A stretch of DNA of 64,000 bases from Pseudomonadota bacterium (GTDB taxonomy: Bacteria > Pseudomonadota > Alphaproteobacteria > Sphingomonadales > Sphingomonadaceae), in contig JAJZQN010000019.1 in NCBI GenBank assembly GCA_021847605.1, positions 485 to 64,484 on the forward strand, read 5' to 3'. A program made the position numbers and the translations under genes. Of the stretch, positions 47,356 to 56,685 are shown piece after piece. Below the pieces are notes generated by a model that worked only from the letters and a program-made list of their open reading frames with translations, ran no database searches and was not told where the DNA came from. Positions within the stretch are counted from its first letter, which is position 1. The number at the start of each line of letters is the position of its first letter.

Positions 47356-48355
47356 GACGCCCTGCCGGATCGTAGTAGATTTCGGTCATCCGGAACTTCC
47401 CATCGACCTTCTTCATCTGCACCACGACGTCGACGAGGATCTTGAGCAGCGAGCGTATGTCCTCACGCGCCAGGTCTGCGCCGCCTTCGCTTTCCTTCAC
47501 CAACAACGTCAGTTGCTCGAAGGCCAGTTCGGCTGAATCCGCGTGGATTGTCGTGATCGAACCGGGATGACCGCTATTGACGTTGCGCAGGTAGAAGAAC
47601 GCGGTTCCATCGCGCAGCTCTTGAAGCAAAATGCGGTCGGGCCTCATGCGCAGGGCGCTTTCCAGCAGCTCCTTCGCCGTGACCTTGGCGGTGCCGGTGC
47701 CGTCCTTGCTGTAGATCATGTGAACGACGTTCTGGTGAGGCACCACCAGCTCGCGCGTATCCTCGATCGTCAGCAGTCTTTCATTCTCCGGGATTAGCTT
47801 GATGAGCCCCTTGGAGAACGTCGTCTTGCCCGAGCCTGTGGCACCGGAGATCAGGATGTTGAGCCGGCTTTGCACCGCCAACTCGAAAAATTCGATGTGC
47901 CGTCCCGCATGAAGCAGGCCGAGCAATTTTTCCTCGACGGGGCTGACCCGCTTTGTGGCGACCTTCGTTTCCGAGAACAGGCCGCTGGCCTCGAAATCGG
48001 CCATCGTCATTGTCTTGGTCGACGGCTTGCGCACGGTGATCGACACGGTGCCATCGGGCACGACGGGTGGAAGGACGAGCTGGACCCGCTCGCCGGTTGG
48101 AAAGATCGTCGAGCAGATAGGATTTTCGCGCGTCACATCCTGTGAAGTGAAAGCCGCAGCTGCCCGGGCTAGTTCGTTGAGGGCGTCGAGGGTCAATCCC
48201 GCCTCCCGCTCCCAGGTCCAGCCACCATGCCGCTCGACACCGACGATAGTCGGCTCATTGATGACGACTTCGGTCACGCCATCGTCATCGAGATATTGCC
48301 GCAGCGGCCGAACAGCATGATCGAGGATCGCCGTATTGCGGAACGGCGCGTTCAT
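47345..48355 (-). CDS. virB11: VirB11-type T4SS ATPase
   Basis: 336 aa. Walker A ISGATGSGKTT and the RPDRILLQELRD and GHPGSITTIHA motifs. Confidence 0.9.
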   Translation of the reverse strand: MNAPFRNTAILDHAVRPLRQYLDDDGVTEVVINEPTIVGVERHGGWTWEREAGLTLDALNELARAAAAFTSQDVTRENPICSTIFPTGERVQLVLPPVVPDGTVSITVRKPSTKTMTMADFEASGLFSETKVATKRVSPVEEKLLGLLHAGRHIEFFELAVQSRLNILISGATGSGKTTFSKGLIKLIPENERLLTIEDTRELVVPHQNVVHMIYSKDGTGTAKVTAKELLESALRMRPDRILLQELRDGTAFFYLRNVNSGHPGSITTIHADSAELAFEQLTLLVKESEGGADLAREDIRSLLKILVDVVVQMKKVDGKFRMTEIYYDPAGRHAA

Positions 48356-49548
48356 TTGAGCCCCAGTCCATAAACTTGCGAGAAATCGAAATCCTTGGCG
48401 ACGGTGATTGCCAGCTCGGTCCCTTGGTTGACGCGCACGATCGGGCGGATGTTCTGCGTGTCCTGAAGGATTTGCGACGTTGAATCACCGGGAGTGCGGA
48501 AAACCGTCGAGCCCTGTGGGCTGACGGCCTGGCCTGCGATCTGGCCGCCCGCGTCGAGGACGCTGAACAGCATCGCGGCACCAAACCGCTGCCAGAAGAA
48601 CCGATCAATCTTGCCAGTGACGCCGGCACGGCCCAGCGGGTCAGAGGCCGGCGAGCCTATGTCGATCGCTACGCCGCGTGGCGTGACGGCGCGCGTCCAC
48701 ATCGCGAACAGGCGATTTTGGCCGCGCTGAAGGCCGCCCTGATACTCGCCGAAAACGCGGGTGCCCTTCTCAAGCAGCACGACGCGGCCATTATCGGAGT
48801 AGACATCGCGAGGGATGATGCAGGTCGCATAGCCCGGTACGGTGCTGTCCATAGCCGTTTGCAGCAAGCAAGGGAGGATGGCTCCCGCAGTGACCAGATA
48901 GTTGCGGTCGCCGATCATGCGCGCTGTAGCGGTGCCGATAGCCGAGGTTTGCTTGAGATTGTCCAGGTTGGTCCGCGAAGGAGCGGTCCCAGCGTCACCT
49001 TGCGCGTTCCCGGCACCAGCGCTGGCGACGTCGCCGATCGCGCGTCTGATCCCCTGGTCCCCGTTGTACGCGATCAGCGTCGATCGCCGGGCATTGTCGC
49101 GCAGCTCACGCGCTTCGTTCGCACGCCGCTCCGCCTCGCTGACACCACGGCCCTGCTGCCCTCCCGCCGATCCGTAGGGTGTGATTGGCTGACCATCAGG
49201 CCCGATCGCCGGCACCTGCTCGCCTGTGAGCTGGACGGGCGCATTCGGATCGCGAGGCGCAGTGGCGAGTGTCGGCGCAATGACAGAATTTGGGTCGTAG
49301 GGCGCCTCCGCTGCCGGGGGAGGGGCCTTCCTCGCTTCAAGCGCCTTGTTGTCGCTGCCAGACCCGGAAACGAGCGACAGCACGCCAAACACGATCGCGC
49401 CGGCTAGGGCCGCGCCGACGACCATCTTCTTGTTGTCCCACTGGACGGTGTTGAGCGAAGGGATGCGGTTCGGGCGATCGGCGGCAGGGGTGCGGTCAAT
49501 CTCGTTCACGTCAGGCGTCGCATCGACGTCGAATCTCTTATCGGACAC
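48352..49548 (-). CDS. virB10: VirB10
   Basis: The GTG at 49548 lies after ggaga, directly after the virB9 stop. TM segment, Pro-rich region and conserved C-terminal barrel (LPCLLQTAMDS...GTRVFGEY...). Confidence 0.85.
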   Translation of the reverse strand: MSDKRFDVDATPDVNEIDRTPAADRPNRIPSLNTVQWDNKKMVVGAALAGAIVFGVLSLVSGSGSDNKALEARKAPPPAAEAPYDPNSVIAPTLATAPRDPNAPVQLTGEQVPAIGPDGQPITPYGSAGGQQGRGVSEAERRANEARELRDNARRSTLIAYNGDQGIRRAIGDVASAGAGNAQGDAGTAPSRTNLDNLKQTSAIGTATARMIGDRNYLVTAGAILPCLLQTAMDSTVPGYATCIIPRDVYSDNGRVVLLEKGTRVFGEYQGGLQRGQNRLFAMWTRAVTPRGVAIDIGSPASDPLGRAGVTGKIDRFFWQRFGAAMLFSVLDAGGQIAGQAVSPQGSTVFRTPGDSTSQILQDTQNIRPIVRVNQGTELAITVAKDFDFSQVYGLGLK

Positions 49549-49549
49549 G

Positions 49550-50389
49550 TCAGTTCTCCGTCGTGCGCTCGACAGCTTCCGACGCCGTATCCGTCTTGGG
49601 ATCGCGACCGTAGAAGCTCGGGCTTTCGTTGTAGATGCACAGCACCACCTTCCCCCGGCGCAGGCGCAGCTCCTTGTAGACGCCATGAATGACGACGAAC
49701 TCGTCGCGCACGTCGAAGGAGGCTGTGGCTTCACTGCCGTCGGGATTGACGGTGAAGATGGCAGGAATTTCGCGCTGGTTGGGGAAGCGCATCACGGTGA
49801 ATTGCCCGTTGTCGCTGACTTCCGATGGTTGCAGCGCTGATGCGCCCTGCACCTTGTAATTGAGGTTCCGTGTCCCTTCGAGAACACCCATATCGAGCGC
49901 GATCCTCGTGGCCTTATTCTGCGCATCCAAGACCGTCGCGAGTTGCGCGCGCTGTTGTGCCAAACGGGCCTGCGCCGCCTCATATTCAGGGTAACGGAGC
50001 CGCACCTTGAAGAATGTGCCTGGAGAGCGCGCCGCAGCGACGGTCGACAGCTCAAAGGTGTAGTTGCGCTTGGTGCCTTGGAAGTCCGTCACAACGATGA
50101 GGTTGGTGGCACCAGCGCGCTCGCGAGGCTTCACGAACAGCGAATTGTCAGCCGGGGCGACCTCCCACGACACGGTGTCACCCATCGCCACGAACTTGAT
50201 GACCTCGCCGGGTGCGAACTCAATCTGTGTCGCTGTGCGGAACGCGCTCCGGATCTGGATCACGTTTCCATCGGTGTAATTGACCTCGCGGATACGAGCA
50301 TCAGGACCGCGCTGCGTAGGCGTCTGCGCCATCGCCGGCGCTGCCGACATGGCGCCGATCGCCGCGGCCAGAAGCAGGATGGTCTTCAT
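49550..50389 (-). CDS. virB9: VirB9
   Basis: 279 aa with a signal peptide. Its position and sequence pattern (REVNYTDGNVIQIR...) fit VirB9. Confidence 0.85.
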   Translation of the reverse strand: MKTILLLAAAIGAMSAAPAMAQTPTQRGPDARIREVNYTDGNVIQIRSAFRTATQIEFAPGEVIKFVAMGDTVSWEVAPADNSLFVKPRERAGATNLIVVTDFQGTKRNYTFELSTVAAARSPGTFFKVRLRYPEYEAAQARLAQQRAQLATVLDAQNKATRIALDMGVLEGTRNLNYKVQGASALQPSEVSDNGQFTVMRFPNQREIPAIFTVNPDGSEATASFDVRDEFVVIHGVYKELRLRRGKVVLCIYNESPSFYGRDPKTDTASEAVERTTEN

Positions 50390-51078
50390 CGTGTCGGAAC
50401 CTCCACGTCGGCCCGGTATGTCTTGACCTGAAACCCGAGCGGATTGGCGTATCGACCGGATTCTGTTTCCGGCTTCGACAGCACGTCAAAAGTGATGGTT
50501 GCGATGGCAGGCGTCTCAATCACCTGCTGGTCGCGCTGGAGGCGCTTGATGAAGCGGACTTGCGCGACGTTGGGCGAGATGAACGCAACCGAGCGGATCG
50601 CCACGAAAACCGCGTCACTGGCGGTAAACTGGTTTTGCGGGGAGTCCGGATTGTCTTTCTTGTAGAAGGCGGTCCAGCGGGTTTGTTCCTCCCGTGTCGA
50701 CAGCGCCAGCACCTTGCGGAAGAACTCTTCCCTGGCCTGCGGAATCCACCCTTCGCGAGCGCGAACATAATCGGCGAGGAAATACTTCCGGATCGCCTCG
50801 TCATAAGTGATCGTCTTGTCGCCGCGCAGCTCCTGCGTGACTTCGGTTGCACCCGTCGAGCGATCGACGGTGACAACATAGGGCACCACCGTTTTGAGCG
50901 GCGAGAGCGCCAGCACGGCAGCCGCGCAGATCGCGGCGAACACGATGGCGACGATGGCGACGATCCACGCGACACGGCGCGAGCGAACCGCTGCCACGAA
51001 CCTGTCGCGGTCCCAGCTTTCCGCTTCCGCGAAATATGCCTTCAGATCCTCGTCTTTGTCTTTGACGCCAATAGCCAT
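50386..51078 (-). CDS. virB8: VirB8
   Basis: ATG at 51078. Single TM (VAWIVAIVAIVFAAICAAAVLAL) plus an NTF2-like periplasmic domain. The longer start in the track is R-rich and overlaps the upstream gene. Confidence 0.85.
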   Translation of the reverse strand: MAIGVKDKDEDLKAYFAEAESWDRDRFVAAVRSRRVAWIVAIVAIVFAAICAAAVLALSPLKTVVPYVVTVDRSTGATEVTQELRGDKTITYDEAIRKYFLADYVRAREGWIPQAREEFFRKVLALSTREEQTRWTAFYKKDNPDSPQNQFTASDAVFVAIRSVAFISPNVAQVRFIKRLQRDQQVIETPAIATITFDVLSKPETESGRYANPLGFQVKTYRADVEVPTR

Positions 51079-51079
51079 G

Positions 51080-51451
51080 TCAGCAGCTCGCATATGAGAT
51101 TGAGAGCGCGGCGGTCGGACTACCATTTGGTGTGAGAGCGCCGATTGCCGGCACCTTGCCTGTTCGCGAAGCGTCCGCTCCCTCTGGAGCGGACGCCGCG
51201 CCGTCGGCCGGGAAGAGGTTGGTAGCCGGAGCCGATTGCGATGGGGGTGTGCCACGTGGCACACCATCAGCGGGAGCAGCCGAGGTAGCGTTTCGCGGCG
51301 GAATCGACGGAAGAACGGTCCCATAGAGGTTGGCGGGTCGCTTTTGCCGACCGTTGCACCGAGGCAGCTTCTCGTCTTTCGCAGCGCTCGCCGGAGCCGA
51401 GGGAGTGAGAGCCGCGAGGGCAAGGATGGCTAGTGCTGCACCGAGCTTCAT
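51080..51451 (-). CDS. small secreted Pro/Ala-rich protein in the VirB7 position
   Basis: ATG at 51451 lies 7 nt after ggagat. Signal peptide MKLGAALAILALAALTPSAPASA. The stop lies 1 nt before the virB8 ATG. No canonical lipobox. It contains the 20-bp palindrome at 51246-51265. Confidence 0.5.
   Translation of the reverse strand: MKLGAALAILALAALTPSAPASAAKDEKLPRCNGRQKRPANLYGTVLPSIPPRNATSAAPADGVPRGTPPSQSAPATNLFPADGAASAPEGADASRTGKVPAIGALTPNGSPTAALSISYASC
51246..51265. repeat. 20-bp perfect palindrome GGTGTGCCACGTGGCACACC (parS-like), copy 1
   Basis: Exact copy, inside the VirB7-position ORF. Confidence 0.9.
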
Positions 51452-51464
51452 GTCGGATCTCCGA

Positions 51465-52469
51465 TTAGCTGTTGTTGTAGAGGGTGCCGCCTGCGGCTCG
51501 CGCGTCAGCGCGACGGGCACGATTGGCTTGCCAGCGGTTCACCGCTCGCTGCGGAGCGTTGGACCAGGCGCGGCCGATCATCGGCGCTATTCCCCCGGTT
51601 GCGGCGTTGGCAAACTGTGAGGCGAGTGATGCGCCGCCGCCGCCCAAACCTGCAGCCATTCCTGGTATTTGGAGGAAGAAGAAGAAGCCCAGCGCGTAGA
51701 ACCCAAGGGCTTTAACCGCCGCGAGGATCAGCGAGTCATCCTGCGTGATAGCGTCGATAAACGCGTCTGCTGCGTTCGCTATGAATACCGTTACGAGCAG
51801 CGCGAACGCTACGAGAATGACATAATTCACAATGCTCCCGAGCCACTGGAAGAAGAATGGTCGGGTCGAATCGAAAAGAAGGGCAGCTACAAAAAGAGGA
51901 CCAACGGCAGCAAGCAAGGATAGCGCGAAGAGCGCAAAGGCGCAGATGGCAAACCCAAGTGCAGACGCCAGCAAAGCTGCCAACATAATGACGACATTGA
52001 TAATTTCACTAACGATGATCTCATCCCAATTATTTGGGATGCCTACGAGGTTCTCGCCTTCCTCGGCTGTATGTGCTGCAACGATCTCTTTGATGTTGGC
52101 AATAGCGCGGACTGCGCCCTTCAAAATGCCATCAAAAAAGCCGCCTAGACCGTTTACGTCTTGGGCACCGACAGCATTCGCGACTTCTCTTGGTAGCCCG
52201 TTCATTGCGAGCAAGCCAACCGAAGCGCCATAAAGCGTCGTTACGGCAAAAACGAGCGCAGCTAGTTTCATTCCGCGATAGACGAACTCGCGGAAGGGGT
52301 ATTCCACAGCGCCCCGTAGGATAGCGAAGCCAAGAAGGATGATGTAGATCGTAACTCCCACCCGTAACGGGCCGGAGATCCAACCTATAACGCCGGCATA
52401 GGTGGCAATGACGCCTGCCAGAGCAGCGCTGAGCTGATCGAACATCTCGGTATAGATATTGAAGCCCAT
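51465..52469 (-). CDS. virB6: VirB6/TrbL-type polytopic T4SS protein
   Basis: 334 aa counted from the ATG at 52469. Multiple TM helices. Position is between the eex-like gene and the virB7/8 genes. Confidence 0.8.
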   Translation of the reverse strand: MGFNIYTEMFDQLSAALAGVIATYAGVIGWISGPLRVGVTIYIILLGFAILRGAVEYPFREFVYRGMKLAALVFAVTTLYGASVGLLAMNGLPREVANAVGAQDVNGLGGFFDGILKGAVRAIANIKEIVAAHTAEEGENLVGIPNNWDEIIVSEIINVVIMLAALLASALGFAICAFALFALSLLAAVGPLFVAALLFDSTRPFFFQWLGSIVNYVILVAFALLVTVFIANAADAFIDAITQDDSLILAAVKALGFYALGFFFFLQIPGMAAGLGGGGASLASQFANAATGGIAPMIGRAWSNAPQRAVNRWQANRARRADARAAGGTLYNNS

Positions 52470-52497
52470 TACACGACCCCGGAAATTGTTACGTCGA

Positions 52498-52803
52498 TTA
52501 GATGCCAGCCTCTCGACGAAGCTTGTCAGTCTCGTTCTTGTTGAGAAGTAGTGTCTTGGCAGTATCGACGTTGTTGCAGTTGTTAACGACAACGGCGGGC
52601 CATGACAGCGGTGGACGTTGTGATGCCTTCCACGCAGTGCATATGGTATCTACTTCGGTTAGCTCGCTTTTGTTCTGCATGAAGTACTTGGCACTGCGCA
52701 GCGGCATGTCGGACCGAAGGTTGCTTTCATCCGACTTGGATTCCTTCGTTCCACATGCCGCAAGCGTCAGCAGCAGCCCGGCCAGGCAGAGGCCCTTGGT
52801 CAC
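52498..52803 (-). CDS. Entry-exclusion (EexN-like) lipoprotein
   Basis: Lipobox LTLAAC|G. 101 aa. It sits between virB5 and virB6, as eex does in pKM101-type systems. Confidence 0.65.
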   Translation of the reverse strand: MTKGLCLAGLLLTLAACGTKESKSDESNLRSDMPLRSAKYFMQNKSELTEVDTICTAWKASQRPPLSWPAVVVNNCNNVDTAKTLLLNKNETDKLRREAGI

Positions 52804-53516
52804 GGATTGACCCCAGCCTCAGTCCGAAGCTTGTCAATCTCCGCTCTGTTTGATGCGAGGCTGCGCTGGTAATTTGCCTCTGCTTTTGCCCGGCGCTGCA
52901 ACTCGATCGCCTGAAGGCCCATCTGATCGTTCATCATCTGCGCCTGCTCCAATTGGAGCCGCGCCGACATGTCGGCGCGTTCGGCCGCCGAGGTTGAGCT
53001 GTTGAGCCGACCCCGCAGCTCTTCGAGGCCCTGACGCCGGCTTGTCACGGCATCGCCGACATTACCCGCAAGGCCAGTTGTCACCGCAGCTTCCCGCGAG
53101 CCTTGTTCATAGGCGGCGCGCTGCTCGGGCGTCATCGTCTGCGATCCGCGCCCGAGAAGATCCTGATAAACGTCGTTCGCCTTGCCCCGCAGGCCGCCGA
53201 CGACGTTCAGATCGCCACTGGTGTAGCCATCAAGGCTGCTGGATGACACGTTACTGGTGCGCAGCACGTCGTTCTTGAGCTGGTTCGCGACGTTGCCGAT
53301 GTCCGTCATTTTATTGAGGTCGCGGTACAGCGCCCGTGCTTCATCGAGCTGTTGCGCGCTTTGCTGGACGACTTTCCGGGCCTCGTTCAACTCCTGAAGC
53401 TGCCTGGCGAAGGCCGTTGGGTCATGAACAATGCCACCGAATTGCGCATGTGCCGCACCAGCAGACAGGAGCGCTGATCCCGACAGTGCGAGGGTGACGA
53501 ACTTCAATCTACGCAT
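52800..53516 (-). CDS. virB5: VirB5-type minor pilin/adhesin
   Basis: Signal peptide followed by a helical protein (QLQELNEARKVVQQSAQQLDEARALYRDLN). Position is after virB4. Confidence 0.7.
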   Translation of the reverse strand: MRRLKFVTLALSGSALLSAGAAHAQFGGIVHDPTAFARQLQELNEARKVVQQSAQQLDEARALYRDLNKMTDIGNVANQLKNDVLRTSNVSSSSLDGYTSGDLNVVGGLRGKANDVYQDLLGRGSQTMTPEQRAAYEQGSREAAVTTGLAGNVGDAVTSRRQGLEELRGRLNSSTSAAERADMSARLQLEQAQMMNDQMGLQAIELQRRAKAEANYQRSLASNRAEIDKLRTEAGVNP

Positions 53517-53528
53517 GTCCCTTCTCCT

Positions 53529-55928
53529 TCAGCTTGGACGACGACGTTGGTGGAATACGGGGAGCCAATTGGCGGGATCGGGGCCAAATTCGGCTGCGGC
53601 CTGCACGGCGATCGGTGTTGTTTCGGCGCGTCCCGACAGCACCGACAGCTCGTCATCGAGGCCCGTCAGATCCAGCTCGACCACAACGCTGTCATGACCC
53701 TGCTTCACGAGGAATTTGCGCGATTCCGGCGACAACTCCTCGCGGATGAGCTGATATTCCGCGTCGGTGAGGGAGAACCCGTCAACATAGTCGCGACGCG
53801 CACCCTTTGGATTGGGAAGCATCACCTGGGTCGCGACCTGTTCGAGGATCGAGTGGGCAATATCGCTCTTGAGCGCGTCCGCCGGCGACTGCGTGGCAAA
53901 CACCATCATCGCGTTGCGCTTCCGGTATGTCTTCAAGCCATCCTGCGCGAAGCTCCGGAACGCATCGTCGCCAAGTGCCTTCCAGAACTCGTCGACGGCG
54001 ATGATCGTGCGCTCGCCGGTCAGCAGCTTGTCGATGCGGTGGAACAGGTAGAGCATCAGCGGCGTGCGGACGTCGGCGTTGTCGAGGAAGTCCGTCATGT
54101 CGAACCCGATGAATCGGGCATCGAGCGTCATTTCGTCCGCCGCGTTATCGAACACCCACCCCATCGACCCGCGCGAGGTCCACTTCTCGAGCCGAGCGCC
54201 AATACCGCCTGCGTCCGCCATGCCGAGCATCGTGCGCAGCGCATCGAGCGAACGATCCTCTCGCGGAAGCCGCATCACTGCGGCGATCCCTTCATCGATC
54301 ATCCGCTCTTCCTGAACGGTGATCGGGCGACTTTCGGCGCGAACGAGCTGGCGCACCCACAGCGACAGCCAGGCGCGATCCTCCGGCTTGTTCTCGAGCG
54401 CCTTGAGCGGCGCGAAGCCGGTGGGCTTGCCGTTCTCGAGCGTCAGATAGGTGCCACCCGAAGCCAGCACGAAAATCTGCGCACCGCGGTCCTTGTCGAC
54501 GAAAATCTGACGCGCGCCCGTTTTCTCGGCCTGCGCCATCAGGAAATTGACGATGACCGTCTTGCCGCCCCCGGTCGGGCCAACGATCAGCGTGTGGCCA
54601 ATGTCGCGCTTGTGAAAGCTGAAGAAGTAGGGGCTGCGTGCGCTCGTCTTCATCAGCGCGATCGCGTCCCCCCAATGGTTCCCCGTGGCGAGGCCAGCGG
54701 GATAGGTATGGAAGGGCGAGAACGCCGCGAAGTTCAGCGACGTGATCGGCGCCGGCCTCGCGCGCCATGCGAAATTTCCGACGAGCTGGCTCCAGTAAGC
54801 GGCTTCCAGCGCCGCCCCTTCCCGTGCCGCGACCATGCCGGTATCGGCCAGCGCTGCACGGGCGATCGACATGTTGTCGCGCAGGCCCTTGAGGCTGTCG
54901 GAATAGACCGCGAGCGTGAAGTGGTGATCGCCCAGGACAAAGCGGTTGGACATGAGATCGTCCGCCGCGTCGACAAGATCGAGCATCTGGCTGACGGCCC
55001 GATCATCGGCGTTCTCCATCTGCTTTTGCCGCAGCCGAAAACGCTCTGATGCCGCTGCACGGCCGAGGAATGTGAAGGATTGCGTCAGCACGAACGCGAA
55101 ATCGACCGCCAGCAGAGATTGAAATTGCGTGGGGGTGGTGGACGCCGGGTATTCCCTAATGCCGAAGATGCCGCCAAAAGCGCTTCGATCGGCATCGCGC
55201 ACCTCCACCGTCTCGCCGCCGAAGACGACGCGTTGACGATAGAGCGCGCTGCCGAGGTGCCCCCGGATGATCGGAACCCGGCGATGCCGTCCCGTCATCA
55301 CCATTTCCGCGACTTCCATCGTCTCAGAAAACTTGAGGCCATTATGTCCGTAGATCGAGAGCCGGCGCGGCGAGCAGCGATCCATCAGCTTCTCGAAATC
55401 GCGCGCCTTGTCCTCCAGCGCCTCCAGTAGGTCGGCGTCGATCGCATCGGCTTCGGCTTCGGCCCTCGCCTTGTTCTTGAAGAGCTGCACCAGCTTGTCA
55501 GCACCGTGGACCGATGGGCGCAACGCCAACGTTACGAAGAAGCGGTTGATGAACAACCGCTCCTTGTTCATCCGCGCGAAGTAAGCGGCATCGAGATCCC
55601 GCGCGAAGCGGGACCGGAAATTGCCGCCGGGATATTGCTCAACCCGAGCGCGGACGAGGTGCGTCCAGATCGACAAGCGATCGTCATGCAGGTTGCGCAG
55701 CATCCCATTGAGCTTCGCGTGCCAGTCATTCAGATCGCGCACGTCAGCCGTCTCGAACGCTCGGCCCTGGAGCTCGAACGTTAGCATGATCGCCCCGGAA
55801 TCGAGCACCACCACCTCATCGGTGACGTGCCGCGCATAGGGCAGGAACTTGGTCGGCATCACTTCCTTGAGCGCGACCTTCATCGGCACCTGTTCCGACA
55901 GACGATTGGCCCTAGCCATTGCGGCCAA
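53529..55928 (-). CDS. virB4: VirB4 T4SS ATPase
   Basis: 799 aa. Walker A GPTGGGKTV, Walker B IIAVDEFW. The exact start is uncertain (the 55928 start overlaps virB3 by 17 nt). Confidence 0.9.
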   Translation of the reverse strand: MAAMARANRLSEQVPMKVALKEVMPTKFLPYARHVTDEVVVLDSGAIMLTFELQGRAFETADVRDLNDWHAKLNGMLRNLHDDRLSIWTHLVRARVEQYPGGNFRSRFARDLDAAYFARMNKERLFINRFFVTLALRPSVHGADKLVQLFKNKARAEAEADAIDADLLEALEDKARDFEKLMDRCSPRRLSIYGHNGLKFSETMEVAEMVMTGRHRRVPIIRGHLGSALYRQRVVFGGETVEVRDADRSAFGGIFGIREYPASTTPTQFQSLLAVDFAFVLTQSFTFLGRAAASERFRLRQKQMENADDRAVSQMLDLVDAADDLMSNRFVLGDHHFTLAVYSDSLKGLRDNMSIARAALADTGMVAAREGAALEAAYWSQLVGNFAWRARPAPITSLNFAAFSPFHTYPAGLATGNHWGDAIALMKTSARSPYFFSFHKRDIGHTLIVGPTGGGKTVIVNFLMAQAEKTGARQIFVDKDRGAQIFVLASGGTYLTLENGKPTGFAPLKALENKPEDRAWLSLWVRQLVRAESRPITVQEERMIDEGIAAVMRLPREDRSLDALRTMLGMADAGGIGARLEKWTSRGSMGWVFDNAADEMTLDARFIGFDMTDFLDNADVRTPLMLYLFHRIDKLLTGERTIIAVDEFWKALGDDAFRSFAQDGLKTYRKRNAMMVFATQSPADALKSDIAHSILEQVATQVMLPNPKGARRDYVDGFSLTDAEYQLIREELSPESRKFLVKQGHDSVVVELDLTGLDDELSVLSGRAETTPIAVQAAAEFGPDPANWLPVFHQRRRPS

Positions 55929-56235
55929 ACCCCTTTCGCTTGATGCCTTTCAGGGGAAGCGGCGTGTAACTCGACCCGCCCCAGAAGACGCGGTTACGAT
56001 TGGCCGCTTTGGTGCGGCCCCAGAGAAAGATGAGGCGGAAGGCGTTGACGTCGTGGCGCACCACGAGGCGCGAAATGCCGAACATCACCGCTGCGACGAC
56101 AAGGCCGTAAACGGGGTTTGTCGTCCCGATCAGCGTAATGACCGAGGTCAGCAGGATCACCACGGCCGCCTCGATCGGGATGCCCGCAAACAACGCAGGG
56201 CGCGTCACCGCCAGGAACAGCGTGTTGCGCGCCAT
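55912..56235 (-). CDS. virB3: VirB3
   Basis: ATG at 56235. LFLAVTRPALFAGIP motif and two TM helices. Confidence 0.8.
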   Translation of the reverse strand: MARNTLFLAVTRPALFAGIPIEAAVVILLTSVITLIGTTNPVYGLVVAAVMFGISRLVVRHDVNAFRLIFLWGRTKAANRNRVFWGGSSYTPLPLKGIKRKGFGRNG

Positions 56236-56319
56236 TACTTCCCGTTCTTCCTCCACGCTACGCACTCCACACGAAACGGGTGTGGACGAGGCGCTATTCG
56301 CACCCCGCCCACATACGGA

Positions 56320-56685
56320 TCAGCCCTGAAGCTGATCGACGATCCACGGCGCCGAGAAGATGATCGCGATACCGATGATGACCGTGACGAGCGCGCCTGT
56401 GTTGACGCGACCTGTCAGCCACCCGAAGCCCGCCGCAATCAGCGCAAGGATCGCAACGATGCGCAGGAGCCCGTTGCTCAGCAGACCGAGGACCGCATTG
56501 CCGAAGCTCTCCAAATTGGTCTGTGCGAACGCTGGTTCGGCTGTGACGAGCGATGTCAGCGCCACCAGGCTTGCCATTGAGAGCGCCCGCGACGCTTTTC
56601 GCTGGCGCGGGGTCATCGCCTCAACCCGCTTGGTGACGTGGGTTCGAAGGGCAAGCGCCGGCCCACCGAAAGATGCGAGATTCAT
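56320..56685 (-). CDS. virB2: VirB2/TrbC-type pilin
   Basis: 121 aa with a long leader and two hydrophobic helices. The start overlaps the virB1 stop (ATGA). Confidence 0.8.
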   Translation of the reverse strand: MNLASFGGPALALRTHVTKRVEAMTPRQRKASRALSMASLVALTSLVTAEPAFAQTNLESFGNAVLGLLSNGLLRIVAILALIAAGFGWLTGRVNTGALVTVIIGIAIIFSAPWIVDQLQG

